Of a stretch of 49,853 nt of DNA, positions 21,542 through 31,995 are shown one piece after another (within the stretch, counting starts at the first letter, position 1; the number at the start of each line of letters is the position of its first letter). This DNA comes from an uncultured Bacilli bacterium (lineage in GTDB: Bacteria > Bacillota_I > Bacilli_A > RF39 > UBA660): positions 1-49,853 of the forward strand of contig CALVQQ010000003.1 of the NCBI GenBank assembly GCA_944358255.1, read 5' to 3'. The notes under the pieces were generated by a model. That model was not told the origin of the DNA. It saw only the letters and a program-made list of their open reading frames with translations, and did no database searches. The translations under genes were made by a program, and so were the position numbers.

Positions 21542-23188
21542 TTACACCTCTTGAATAACCGTCAATATAACCGGTTTACTTTCAGTTTTCTTATAAAGCA
21601 TAGATCCAATATTCTCTCTAATTTCATTTCGTATTTTAGTATAATCAGCATACTTCTCATTAGTATTATTTTTAATTATTTCCTCACTCTTATTCTTAAT
21701 CTCCATTATTAAATCCATATTATCTTTAACATAAATAAAGCCTCTAGTGAGAACCTCGGGACCCACAACAATCTTTTTCGTCTTTTTATCCATTGTCGCA
21801 CTTATAAGAACAACGCCATTATTTCCTAACATTTCCCTATCTTTAAGTACCAATTCACCCACATCATTAATACTTTTACCATCAATTAATATATCATTAA
21901 CATCAATATGTTCAAAATCATCTACAAGATTTCCATCTACCAAATGAATAACGTCGCCATTTTCCTTAAGCAAAATATTTTCTTTTTTCATGCCGACATT
22001 AAAAGCCAAATTACCATTTTCAACCTGATAACGATATTCACCTTTAATAGGAATATAATATTTAGGATTAAAAAGTTTAATTATAAGCATAATATCTTCA
22101 CTAGACGCATGCAAACGAACACTATTTTCCCTAGGAACAGACTCAATACTAGCCCCTATAACAGCAATGTCATTTTTAAGTTTAACTTCAGCAAGTTCAT
22201 ACGCATCATAACTTGGCTCTGCAAAAACAACAGTATCAGTTTCTCTTAAAGTAACAAACTTATCATAGCCACTAACAATTCTATTAAGATTATAAAAAGG
22301 CATTTCCCTATCATTACTTACCAGAATCACAGAATTCTCATCTTTCAAATTAGTCAAGTCACCTATCAATTCAGGAGAAACTTTTAAATAGCCCTCTTTA
22401 ATAGCCATATTAATAATAAGTTGAAGTTTTTTGCCCATAACAACAACCTTACGTTTTTTACCCTTTAATGCATCAATTATTTCTTCTATAGTATGTAGAT
22501 GCAAACTTAAAAGAGAAATAATAATTCTTCCCTGATTTTTATCAATAACACTTCTAAAAAACTTATCAAGTTTATGTCGAGGACTAGTAAATCCTTTTTT
22601 CTCAGCAAAAACACTTTCACACATAAGAGCTAAAACACCCTGTTTACCAATATAAGCAAGTTTACCCAAATCCATATCATAAAAACCGCTCATAGTAGGA
22701 TCTATCACAAAATCGGCCATATAAATAATTGCCCCATCCTTAGTATTAATAGCATAACCAACACTTTCAGGTGCCGAATGAGTTACACTAAAAGGAAACA
22801 CACTAAAACTGCCAAAAGAAAGTTTTTTATACGGTTTAATAACATTCAAATTTTTAATAGATACATTTTCTTCTTTGCACTCTATATCGATAATCTTACT
22901 AGTGTAATTAGTAGCATATACCTTAATATCAGGAATCGTTTTAATAAGCTCAGTCAAAGCTCCCATATTTTCATAATGAGCATGACTAATAAAAACACCA
23001 ACAATTTTATCCTTATTTTGAACCAAATAAGTAAAATCAGGGATTATATAATCAACCCCATACATATTATCACTTGCATATTTAATACCAACATCAAATA
23101 TAAGAATATTGCCATCAATATTAACAGTATAAATATTCTTACCATTTTCGTTTAGTCCACCTAAACTCATCATTTTAATATTACTCAT
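21542..23188 (-). CDS. rnj: Ribonuclease J family protein (metallo-beta-lactamase/beta-CASP) with a degenerate active site
   Basis: 548 aa. Appears colinear with Bacillus RNase J1 as I recall that sequence, from LGGLNENGKN to the ...PVILTVIQEV end. HxHxDH reads HAHYEN, SGH reads SSE, and PIHGEYR reads PIKGEYR. Confidence 0.88.
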   Translation of the reverse strand: MSNIKMMSLGGLNENGKNIYTVNIDGNILIFDVGIKYASDNMYGVDYIIPDFTYLVQNKDKIVGVFISHAHYENMGALTELIKTIPDIKVYATNYTSKIIDIECKEENVSIKNLNVIKPYKKLSFGSFSVFPFSVTHSAPESVGYAINTKDGAIIYMADFVIDPTMSGFYDMDLGKLAYIGKQGVLALMCESVFAEKKGFTSPRHKLDKFFRSVIDKNQGRIIISLLSLHLHTIEEIIDALKGKKRKVVVMGKKLQLIINMAIKEGYLKVSPELIGDLTNLKDENSVILVSNDREMPFYNLNRIVSGYDKFVTLRETDTVVFAEPSYDAYELAEVKLKNDIAVIGASIESVPRENSVRLHASSEDIMLIIKLFNPKYYIPIKGEYRYQVENGNLAFNVGMKKENILLKENGDVIHLVDGNLVDDFEHIDVNDILIDGKSINDVGELVLKDREMLGNNGVVLISATMDKKTKKIVVGPEVLTRGFIYVKDNMDLIMEIKNKSEEIIKNNTNEKYADYTKIRNEIRENIGSMLYKKTESKPVILTVIQEV

Positions 23189-23257
23189 AATTCATCTCCT
23201 TAAAAAAGTTCACGTGCTAAACAATTATAACATAAAACTAAAAAAAAGGAAATAAAT

Positions 23258-23286
23258 TTGATTTTTTCCTTTAAATATGGTATAAT
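23258..23286 (+). promoter_or_regulatory. Promoter for the kinase-like gene
   Basis: TTGATT - 17 nt - TGGTATAAT (extended -10). Confidence 0.55.
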
Positions 23287-23310
23287 TACATCATATTAAT
23301 GGGGGGTTGT

Positions 23311-24201
23311 ATGAAGGTTGTAAATTTATCAAAAAATCAATTTTATCGTTTATCACCTTTACCACTAGAAACAGGAATATGTAACAGTGAAGGTGATATT
23401 TTAGAATTCCAAAAAAGAACAAAATCTTACATTCTAAAAAAATTAAAAGAAACTGAAGGACCAGTTTTTGCAAATAAATTATACACTATAGAAATGTTAG
23501 ATGCACACAGAGATTCTATTCCTAGCGAATTCACTTTACCGACAAGTTTATTATCAATTCAAGGAAAATTATCTGGTTTTGTTATGCCTAAAATACAAGG
23601 TGTCAATTTACAAACAGTTTTAGACGATCCAACAGTTGATGTTAAAGAAAAAATTTACTACCTAAAAACTATTGGCCAATTATTAGAAAAAATCAAGCAC
23701 TTACAACAATATGGTAATTTAAGTGATTTTCACATAAACGATTTACATGAATCAAACATCATAATAAACCCACAAAAAAAAGAGATTCACATCGTTGATA
23801 CAGATAGTTGCAAAATTGCAGATAACAAAACATTTTTCGCTAGATATTTATCTCCAAGCGCACTTCTAAGTCATGAAATTTCTGGAAAATATCCAATTAC
23901 CGAGAACAATGGGATGGGAGCTTTTGTAGATGCAACTGAAAACACGGACCTATATTGTTACATGATTATGATATTAAATTTCTTAAGTCGTACTAAAGAC
24001 TTCAACTTTTCAAAACCAGAAGAATTTTACTCATATCTAACATATTTATCTGACATTGGAATAGATAAAGAGTTAATAGACATTTTTGCTAATCTATTAA
24101 CAGCAAAACAAAACCAAAATCCGTATCACTTGCTTGATACACTATCATATGAACAACTTGGAAAAGCATCAAAAAATGTATTTAGTTTAAAAAAATCATA
24201 A
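23311..24201 (+). CDS. Atypical protein-kinase-like fold protein
   Basis: Catalytic-loop-like FHINDLHESNIIIN, DFG-like IVDTDS, and a possible VAIK-like SYILKKL. ATG 23311 follows GGGGGG-ttgt. The ORF-track start at 23299 lies in the RBS. Confidence 0.55.
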   Translation: MKVVNLSKNQFYRLSPLPLETGICNSEGDILEFQKRTKSYILKKLKETEGPVFANKLYTIEMLDAHRDSIPSEFTLPTSLLSIQGKLSGFVMPKIQGVNLQTVLDDPTVDVKEKIYYLKTIGQLLEKIKHLQQYGNLSDFHINDLHESNIIINPQKKEIHIVDTDSCKIADNKTFFARYLSPSALLSHEISGKYPITENNGMGAFVDATENTDLYCYMIMILNFLSRTKDFNFSKPEEFYSYLTYLSDIGIDKELIDIFANLLTAKQNQNPYHLLDTLSYEQLGKASKNVFSLKKS

Positions 24202-24218
24202 TCATACAAACTTAAAAA

Positions 24219-25163
24219 TTATCTCTTTTTACTATAAACAAATCTCTTTTGAGACTCTACAAAACAATTTTCATCATCAAAAAATTCAATTGTATCCAAT
24301 TGCATAGGGCATAAATGATTTAACCAATGCAACATTTTAGGCGCGCAGTTTTGTATTTTAACAATCCCGCCACTAATAATTAAAATCACATCATTGCCCA
24401 ATATTCTTACACCACGAACATTATTTGGAAACAATTCTTTTTTTGGGCTAATAATTCCCCTATTACCATTACCCAAGCCAAAAGGAACACACCCATCATG
24501 ATCATGTCCACTTACAAGTAAATCATAGTCACGAAACAATTCCAAATTACTAGAAGAATTAACAAATTCAGGAGAATGTATTAAACAAACTGAAGGAACA
24601 TTTTGAGGAACATTACGATACAAATATTCCCGTTGAACAAAATCCTTATAAAAAGCAACTTGATCAATTTTACTAAAATCATTCTTATCATAATAATAAT
24701 CTAATGGCTGTGTATATCCCATAAAATAAACAAAATCATCAATATAATAATCACCATTTAGCAAATAAACATTATCATAAGAAGATATTTCAGCCCAAAA
24801 ATCTTCATCATAAGAAAACGAAGGATACTGCCCAATTTCCGAAACAAAATCATGACTTCCCAAAATAACCATAGTTTTACCTAAAGATGCAGAAGCCTTT
24901 ATTAAACCTTTCAATTCTCTTCGTATATTTTCTTTTAATAACTCTTCAGGTTCATCAATCAAATCCCCCAAAAATACATAATAATCTCCCGATTCTCTTT
25001 CTAATTGATATTTAATTGAACTCAATTTTTTATCTGAAACTAAATCACTTAAATGAACATCACCAAGAGCTACAATTTTAAATGCTTTTTTTGCTTTTGG
25101 AGTATAAATTTTTGTATTTCTTACTTGAAAATAATCATCTGGCAATAAAATCATAATTATCAC
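24219..25163 (-). CDS. Calcineurin-like metallophosphoesterase
   Basis: 314 aa. Motifs ALGDVHL, FLGDLID, GSHD, GHDHDG. Confidence 0.8.
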   Translation of the reverse strand: MIIMILLPDDYFQVRNTKIYTPKAKKAFKIVALGDVHLSDLVSDKKLSSIKYQLERESGDYYVFLGDLIDEPEELLKENIRRELKGLIKASASLGKTMVILGSHDFVSEIGQYPSFSYDEDFWAEISSYDNVYLLNGDYYIDDFVYFMGYTQPLDYYYDKNDFSKIDQVAFYKDFVQREYLYRNVPQNVPSVCLIHSPEFVNSSSNLELFRDYDLLVSGHDHDGCVPFGLGNGNRGIISPKKELFPNNVRGVRILGNDVILIISGGIVKIQNCAPKMLHWLNHLCPMQLDTIEFFDDENCFVESQKRFVYSKKR

Positions 25164-25217
25164 TTCTTTGCCTTATTTTAAATGATTTATAACAATTGTC
25201 AAGTTATTAATATCAAT

Positions 25218-26033
25218 TTATTGTAACAATTCTTGCAAAGAAACAATATCAATACCTTTACCATTTATATGACTTATAATACTACTAAGTTCACTGGTAA
25301 CATATTTATTTCCTTTTAAAATATATATGTTACCTTTTTCTAATGTATTTTTAATATTTAACAAAAAATTCTTATTATAAATAAAATCAGTTTTAACAGA
25401 ATTAACACCTTTATCTTTACAAATACCAATTACATCATAATCATTATAAATACAAAAAGTATCTGTTTTAAAGTCATCAATTACTTTATGAAAATCATTA
25501 AAATCTTCCTTGTTATTACCACCATACAAAATAGTATTACCATTATTAGCTAAATCATAAAACAAACTTTTATTATCTTGAAGTATTTCACCATCAACAA
25601 TATAATTTAAATTAACACCTTTACTTAAAGCTATATCATTTATACTACTTATAAAATCAACATCATCAACTAAAATAAGCAAACTAACAGCATTTTTACT
25701 TTCATTTCCCCTAATAATATATTTATCAACATACTCAGCCTTATTAATAGAACAAGCATCTTCTTCAAAAGCAAAAAGATCCTCATTATATCCAAAACCT
25801 TTCATATTAGAATAACTGGTATATTCATCAACCACTAAACCACTTACTCCAAGAACAACACCCTCATCAGTAGAATAGCCCTCAACGCAAGAAGAATTAT
25901 TAACAGATGCATACTTGACAATTTGTTCCATCAAAGGATCATTTTTATTAACCATTTTAACAGCCTTATCAGTATAATAAAAACTAAAAACAACCAAAAC
26001 TAAAAGGCCAATATATTCAAATGTTTTTTTCAC
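25218..26033 (-). CDS. Membrane-anchored hypothetical protein, possibly a divergent polysaccharide-deacetylase-like (PdaB-like) protein
   Basis: N-terminal TM segment. The C-terminal ...GNIYILKGNKYVTSELSSIISHINGKGIDIVSLQELL resembles the end of NodB-type deacetylases, but I could not see the catalytic motifs. GTG start at 26033, 6 nt after GAGGTG. Confidence 0.4.
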   Translation of the reverse strand: MKKTFEYIGLLVLVVFSFYYTDKAVKMVNKNDPLMEQIVKYASVNNSSCVEGYSTDEGVVLGVSGLVVDEYTSYSNMKGFGYNEDLFAFEEDACSINKAEYVDKYIIRGNESKNAVSLLILVDDVDFISSINDIALSKGVNLNYIVDGEILQDNKSLFYDLANNGNTILYGGNNKEDFNDFHKVIDDFKTDTFCIYNDYDVIGICKDKGVNSVKTDFIYNKNFLLNIKNTLEKGNIYILKGNKYVTSELSSIISHINGKGIDIVSLQELLQ

Positions 26034-26089
26034 TAAATACACCTCATTTAAATATATGACCTTTATTAATTTTTAAAACATACTTTATT

Positions 26090-27385
26090 TTATTTTTTAG
26101 GTTTAACAACCTTAATTCCACCCATATAAGGAGTTAAAACTTCTGGAACAGTAATACTTCCATCACTTTGATAATTATTTTCAACTACAGCAATTAATCC
26201 CCTAGGAGTTGCAAGAACAGTATTATTAAGAGTTGCGACATACTTATTACCATCTTTAGTTTTCATCCTAATACTCAACCTTCTCGCTTGAGCTTCACCT
26301 AAAGTAGAACAAGACCCAACTTCAAAATACTTTTGTTGTCTAGGACTCCATGCTTCTATATCACAAGACTTAACTTTCAAATTAGCAAGGTCTCCACTAC
26401 AGCACTCCAAAGTACGAACAGGAACGTCTAAACTCCTAAAAAAGTCAACAGTATACTTCCACATTTTGTTATACCAATCCATTGCATCTTCAGGCTTACA
26501 AAGAACAACCATTTCTTCCTTTTCAAACTGGTGAACCCTATAAATACCCCTTTCCTCAATACCATGCGCTCCAACTTCTTTTCTAAAACATGGAGAATAA
26601 GAAGTCAAAGTAATTGGAAGTTCTTCCTCTTTAACAATTTGACCCTTAAACTTACCAATCATAGAATGTTCACTTGTACCAATCAAATACAAATCCTCAT
26701 CTTCAATTTTATACATCATATTATCCATTTCTTCAAAACTCATAACACCACTTACTACATCACTTCTAATCATAAAAGGAGGAACACAATAAATAAAACC
26801 TTTATCAATCATAAAATCCCTAGCATAACTAATCAAAGCAGAATGAAGTCTTGCAATATCTCCCATCAAATAATAAAAACCATTACCACTCACCCTACCG
26901 GCGCTATCTTTATCGAGACCACTAACACTTTCAAAAATATCTGCGTGATGAGGTATTTCATAATTTGGAACGACAGGGTTTCCAAACTTTTCAATTTCAA
27001 CATTTTCAGTATCATCTTTACCAATTGGAACACTATCATCAATTAGTTGAGGAATATCTAACATTTTAGTTTTAATCAACTCTTCAAGCCCTACTTCAAT
27101 TTTCTCATACTCTTCAATATCATCATCTATTTTAGAAATATCAATTCTAACTTGAGCAGCATCATCCTTCTTACCCTCGCGCATCAAAGCACCAATTTTA
27201 TCACTCAACTTATTTTTTTCACTTCTCAAGTTATCAGCATTACTTTTAGCCTCTCTAAACCTAACATCAAGTTCATAAATTTCATCTACCAAAGGAAGTT
27301 TTTCATCTTGAAACTTCTTTTTAATATTTTCCTTAACTAACTCTCTATTTTCCCTAATCAAATTAATATCTATCATATCATTCAC
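26090..27385 (-). CDS. serS: Serine--tRNA ligase
   Basis: 431 aa. N-terminal coiled-coil arm and class II motifs (FRKEVGAHG...RVHQFEKEE, GSCSTLGEAQARR). Confidence 0.95.
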   Translation of the reverse strand: MNDMIDINLIRENRELVKENIKKKFQDEKLPLVDEIYELDVRFREAKSNADNLRSEKNKLSDKIGALMREGKKDDAAQVRIDISKIDDDIEEYEKIEVGLEELIKTKMLDIPQLIDDSVPIGKDDTENVEIEKFGNPVVPNYEIPHHADIFESVSGLDKDSAGRVSGNGFYYLMGDIARLHSALISYARDFMIDKGFIYCVPPFMIRSDVVSGVMSFEEMDNMMYKIEDEDLYLIGTSEHSMIGKFKGQIVKEEELPITLTSYSPCFRKEVGAHGIEERGIYRVHQFEKEEMVVLCKPEDAMDWYNKMWKYTVDFFRSLDVPVRTLECCSGDLANLKVKSCDIEAWSPRQQKYFEVGSCSTLGEAQARRLSIRMKTKDGNKYVATLNNTVLATPRGLIAVVENNYQSDGSITVPEVLTPYMGGIKVVKPKK

Positions 27386-27423
27386 CCTTTCTTTAGATAT
27401 TATTTTCCAAAAAACCTATAAAA

Positions 27424-27590
27424 ATAAAAAAAGACGGTACAAGGAGTGCGAAGCACGGTACCATCCCATCTTTAACTTATTTACATATAACGGTCTCCCG
27501 GAAATAGTTTACTATTCTGCTCTAAGGAAGAAATTAAAAATCATATTTATTAGTTTACACCAGCCACTAACTCTCTTTAAAATACAAATA
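27424..27590 (-). promoter_or_regulatory. T-box leader (tRNA-sensing riboswitch) upstream of serS
   Basis: Minus-strand read contains AGAGAG stem-I start, a UCU/UCC-containing candidate specifier region (UUUCUUCCUUAG), the T-box sequence AAAGAUGGGAUGGUACCGUGC (27454-27467 core), and a terminator helix GAUGGUAC...GUACCGUC followed by U7. Confidence 0.75.
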
Positions 27591-27663
27591 ATTAATCATA
27601 CCCTTTTCACTGCATTTAGTAACTAAATGTTAACATAATAAAAATATAAAGTCAAATTCAAAA

Positions 27664-27692
27664 TTGACAAACATTTGTTTATAAAGTAAAAT
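27664..27692 (+). promoter_or_regulatory. Consensus-like promoter for uvrB
   Basis: TTGACA - 17 nt - TAAAAT. The spacer holds AAAC-ATTT-GTTT (27669-27680). Confidence 0.6.
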
Positions 27693-27736
27693 AAAATACA
27701 ACGAACTTAAACTAGATTTAAAAAGGAGAAAATAAA

Positions 27737-29692
27737 ATGTTCAAATTAGTATCAAAATACAAACCTAGTGGTGATCAACCACAAGCAATAAAAGAATTAG
27801 TTGATGGAATTAATTCTGGAAAAAAAGAACAAGTACTTTTAGGTGCAACAGGAACAGGTAAAACTTTTACAATTGCAAACGTTATACAAGAAGTTAACAA
27901 ACCTACCCTAGTTTTAGCCCATAACAAAACATTAGCAGGACAATTATATAGTGAATTCAAAGAACTATTTCCTGAAAATCGTGTTTTATATTTTGTTAGT
28001 TATTACGACTACTACCAACCAGAAGCATATGTTCCAAGTAAAGACTTATACATAGAAAAAGATGCAAGCATCAATGACGAAATAGATGAATTAAGACACG
28101 CAGCGACAAGTAGCCTATTAAATAGAAGTGATTGTATAGTAGTTGCAAGTGTATCGTGCATATACGGTATTGGAGAAGTCGAAGAATACAAAAACAAAAT
28201 GTTAACATTAATAGTTGGCGACACAATAGACAGAGACGCAATACTAGAAAAACTAGTCAACATGCTTTACGAAAGAAGTGTAAATGACTTTACAAGAGGA
28301 ACATTTAGAGTAAAAGGTGACACAATAGAAATAATACCAGTATATGAAAAAAAGAACGGAATTAGAATAGAACTATTTGGTGACGAAATAGAAAAAATAT
28401 ACGAATTTGACACATTAACAGGAAACATCATTAGTGAGAAAAAAAGTGTCAGTATATTCCCAGCATCACACTTTGTAACGAGCGAAGAAAAACTAAAAGA
28501 AGCAATCAAAAGAATAGAAAAAGAATTAGAAGAAAGACTTATAGAACTTGATAAGCAAGGAAAAATAGTAGAAAAAGAAAGACTAAAACAAAGAACAATG
28601 TACGACATAGAGATGCTAAAAGAAACAGGATTTTGTCATGGTGTTGAAAACTACAGCAGACACCTTGCACTTAGAGAAGAAGGAGAAACACCTACTACAC
28701 TCATAGACTTTTTCCCAAAAGACTTTCTACTAGTTGTTGACGAATCGCATGTCACATTACCACAAGTAAGAGGAATGTATAACGGTGATAGACAAAGAAA
28801 GCAAACACTTGTAGACTATGGATTCCGTTTACCTAGTGCTAGAGACAATAGACCTTTAAAATTTGAAGAATTCGAGCAAAAAATAAATCAAGCAATATAC
28901 GTATCAGCGACACCAGGGGATTACGAACTAGAAAAAACAAAAGGAGAAATAGTTGAACAAATAATAAGACCTACTGGACTATTAGATCCAACAATCGAAG
29001 TAAAACCAACAAAAGGACAAATAGATGACATAATAAACGAAATAAAAGTTAGAACAGAAAAAAATGAAAGAATATTAATCACAACCCTTACAATTAGAAT
29101 GGCAGAAGAACTAACTAACTATTTAAAAGACATGGGAGTAAAAGCATTATACTTACACAATGAAATAAAAACACTAGAAAGACTAAACATAATAAGAAAT
29201 TTAAGACTAGGAAAAATAGATGTAATTGTAGGAATCAACCTATTAAGAGAAGGAATAGACATACCAGAAGTATCACTAATTTGCATAATGGATGCTGACA
29301 AACAAGGATTTTTAAGAAGTGATAGAAGTTTAATACAAACAATAGGAAGATGCGCTAGAAACAAAAATGGACACGTAATCATGTATGCAGACACAATAAG
29401 TGAAGCAATGAAAATAGCAATAGAAGAAACAAAAAGAAGAAGAACAATACAAGAAAAATATAATATTGAGCACAACATAACCCCACAAACAATAGTAAAA
29501 GAAATACATGATAACGTCACAAACATAGAAGAAACAAAACCTAAAGCAATCAAAAAAGACTCTAAAAAGAACAAACAAGAACTAATTAGAGAACTAGAAA
29601 TAGAAATGAAAAAAGCGGCCAAAGAATTAGACTTCGAACGCGCTATGGAACTAAGAGATGCAATGTTTGAATTAAGTGTAAACGAAGACTAA
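27737..29692 (+). CDS. uvrB: Excinuclease ABC subunit B
   Basis: 651 aa. [10 protein letters not shown] Walker A, DESH box (VVDESHV), and C-terminal UVR domain ([15 protein letters not shown]). Confidence 0.97.
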   Translation: MFKLVSKYKPSGDQPQAIKELVDGINSGKKEQVLLGATGTGKTFTIANVIQEVNKPTLVLAHNKTLAGQLYSEFKELFPENRVLYFVSYYDYYQPEAYVPSKDLYIEKDASINDEIDELRHAATSSLLNRSDCIVVASVSCIYGIGEVEEYKNKMLTLIVGDTIDRDAILEKLVNMLYERSVNDFTRGTFRVKGDTIEIIPVYEKKNGIRIELFGDEIEKIYEFDTLTGNIISEKKSVSIFPASHFVTSEEKLKEAIKRIEKELEERLIELDKQGKIVEKERLKQRTMYDIEMLKETGFCHGVENYSRHLALREEGETPTTLIDFFPKDFLLVVDESHVTLPQVRGMYNGDRQRKQTLVDYGFRLPSARDNRPLKFEEFEQKINQAIYVSATPGDYELEKTKGEIVEQIIRPTGLLDPTIEVKPTKGQIDDIINEIKVRTEKNERILITTLTIRMAEELTNYLKDMGVKALYLHNEIKTLERLNIIRNLRLGKIDVIVGINLLREGIDIPEVSLICIMDADKQGFLRSDRSLIQTIGRCARNKNGHVIMYADTISEAMKIAIEETKRRRTIQEKYNIEHNITPQTIVKEIHDNVTNIEETKPKAIKKDSKKNKQELIRELEIEMKKAAKELDFERAMELRDAMFELSVNED

Positions 29693-30408
29693 TAAATAAC
29701 CCTATTTAAATAAAGACCGCCAGGAAAAGCAGGTTTACCAATAGAAGACCTGTTTTTTAATTCAAAAATATCAGTTATATCATTCAAATTAACTTTACCT
29801 TCATTTAAATCCAACAAAAGCCCAACAATATTTCTAATCATATACCTTAAAAAACCAGAAGAAACAAACTTAATAATCAAAATATTATTTTTAACAACAA
29901 AAGAAATATCAACATTTCTCACATAATCATCATACTTACCAGAAGTAAAACTTTCAAAGTCATGCGTACCAGATAACAACTTAATTGCTTTTCTTAATTT
30001 AATCAAATCAAAACCATTATTATACTGAAAAACATAATTAACCATACAAGGATTATACTTTCCCAAATTAATAAGATAAACATACTCTTTTTTCTTAACA
30101 CTATACCTAGCATGAAACTCATCACGAACAACCAAAACATCATCAACAAAAATACTTGAAGGTAACAATTTATTTAAACTATTCCTAATAACTAAAACAT
30201 CCTTCACCTTAGAAGAATCAAAATGAAAATAAAACTCATTAGCATGTACACCCCTATCAGTACGAGAACAACCAACACACTTAACTTCTTCATCAAAAAT
30301 TTTAGAAAGACATCTATCAAAAATACCCATTACAGTAACCTTATCATTTTGCCTTTGTGAACCATAAAAAGCACTACCATCATAACAAATTTTAACCAAA
30401 TATCTCAT
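29689..30408 (-). CDS. truA: tRNA pseudouridine(38-40) synthase TruA
   Basis: 239 aa. Catalytic Asp motif [11 protein letters not shown]. Follows ecfT, the typical Firmicute order. Confidence 0.9.
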   Translation of the reverse strand: MRYLVKICYDGSAFYGSQRQNDKVTVMGIFDRCLSKIFDEEVKCVGCSRTDRGVHANEFYFHFDSSKVKDVLVIRNSLNKLLPSSIFVDDVLVVRDEFHARYSVKKKEYVYLINLGKYNPCMVNYVFQYNNGFDLIKLRKAIKLLSGTHDFESFTSGKYDDYVRNVDISFVVKNNILIIKFVSSGFLRYMIRNIVGLLLDLNEGKVNLNDITDIFELKNRSSIGKPAFPGGLYLNRVIY

Positions 30409-31163
30409 AACAAATTCACTTCCAAAATATAACCATACAAAAACAATAAATGAAAAACAAGTAACATAAAAGCATAAAAATTAAACTTACCCGTTTTCAT
30501 ATTGGTGCGCCTTTTTTTAACACTAAACATCCTTAACTTAGCCAAATTATTAACATCTTTCATACGTTTAAAAGTAAGTCTAATACTATTTTTAAAAGAA
30601 TACAAAACAGCATAATATTTACCTACAATACCACTATGAACATAATCAATTCCCCTACTAGCTTGACACCTTAAAACACGATTTTCCGTAGTTACAAGTG
30701 CCGGAATAAATCTGAACACATTTCCAACCACAAGAGAGATATAAGAAACATTTAAATTTAAAAAATTAATAGGATTTAAAACCTTATAAATACCATAATC
30801 AAACTCACTCCAACTAGTCGTAAACACCAACAATGCCAAATACTGAGTAACGAGAATAAACTTTAGCAGATAAACCAAAGAAAGTTCTAAAGAAAAACCA
30901 GCACCTGCAAATACAAAAATCAAAACCAAATAGAGATACCTAAATCCATAAAACATATTAAAGAAAAACCTAAAAGGAACTTTAGACTCAATAATTTGAA
31001 GTACCAAAATAGCAAGAACAAACAAATGTAATTCCAAACTTTTGCTACCAATCATAACCAAAACAAACAAGAAAAAATTCAAAAGTTTAACAACAACACT
31101 CATTTCATGAATTTTACTATTAACGGGGTAATAAGACCCAAACATCCCCTTAGAGTACATCAT
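30405..31163 (-). CDS. ecfT: Energy-coupling factor transporter transmembrane subunit EcfT
   Basis: 252 aa, polytopic. N-terminal GSYYPVNSKIHEM and coupling-helix ...CQASRGID motif. Downstream of two EcfA-like ATPases. Confidence 0.8.
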   Translation of the reverse strand: MMYSKGMFGSYYPVNSKIHEMSVVVKLLNFFLFVLVMIGSKSLELHLFVLAILVLQIIESKVPFRFFFNMFYGFRYLYLVLIFVFAGAGFSLELSLVYLLKFILVTQYLALLVFTTSWSEFDYGIYKVLNPINFLNLNVSYISLVVGNVFRFIPALVTTENRVLRCQASRGIDYVHSGIVGKYYAVLYSFKNSIRLTFKRMKDVNNLAKLRMFSVKKRRTNMKTGKFNFYAFMLLVFHLLFLYGYILEVNLL

Positions 31164-31995
31164 TACAAACCCCCTTTACCAAATCTAAAACGCTTTTATA
31201 ATATTTAAAATTCTTATTATATTTACTCCTAACCAAATTAGAAAAAGTAACAATTAAAGGACTAGAAATATCATATTTAGAAAGCTTATTTTCATCATAA
31301 AAAATATCATTATTACCCTGCATAACCAATTCGCCATTACTTAAAACTAGAATATTAGAATTAAACTCATATATAAAATCAACATCTCTACTCATAACAA
31401 TAATTGTTTTACCGTACTTTTCATTAATAAAATTAAGAATACGAATTAATTCCCTTTTTTCACGAGAATTAAAATGTAAAGTGGGTTCATCCAATATAAT
31501 AACCTTAGGATTATAAACCAGAACAGATGCAAGACCAATTTTTTTAGCTTCACTAAGAGACAAATCATCTATATTTTTATTTAAATATTCTTCACCCAGT
31601 CCAACAATTTTAAGAGCCTCAATAGATCTAACCACCTTTTTATTAGTTTTATACTTAAAAAACTTCATAGCAAACTCAAGTTCATCCTTAACTTTTTTAT
31701 TAAAAAACATATCATCTTTATTCTTATAAACAACACCAACATCAAATCTAAGACTATTAACATTTTTTATATTTCTTCCATCATTTACAAACTCACCAAT
31801 TCTAACGGAACCTTTTGATGGCTTAACAACACCATTAATCAAGTCTCCAATTACAGACTTACCAGAATTAGAATTACCCAGAAAACAATATTTTTTACCA
31901 CTTTCAAGTTTAAAACTAACATTTTTTAATAATAACTTTTCAGCATAAGTCCTACTATTAACAACCAAACTAACATCATTAAATTCTATTTCCAT
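31150..31995 (-). CDS. ecfA2: ECF transporter ATPase EcfA2 (divergent)
   Basis: 281 aa. Walker A GNSNSGKS and Walker B IILDEPT. The signature reads LSLSEAKK, not LSGGQ, and the H-loop position reads SRD. Confidence 0.78.
   Translation of the reverse strand: MEIEFNDVSLVVNSRTYAEKLLLKNVSFKLESGKKYCFLGNSNSGKSVIGDLINGVVKPSKGSVRIGEFVNDGRNIKNVNSLRFDVGVVYKNKDDMFFNKKVKDELEFAMKFFKYKTNKKVVRSIEALKIVGLGEEYLNKNIDDLSLSEAKKIGLASVLVYNPKVIILDEPTLHFNSREKRELIRILNFINEKYGKTIIVMSRDVDFIYEFNSNILVLSNGELVMQGNNDIFYDENKLSKYDISSPLIVTFSNLVRSKYNKNFKYYKSVLDLVKGVCNDVL

Noticed and set aside
26531-29622. Antisense ORFs of 171 aa (26531-27046, opposite serS) and 167 aa (29119-29622, opposite uvrB), plus smaller ones.
   Set aside because: These are shadow frames of well-supported genes. 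They have no start context and implausible composition.
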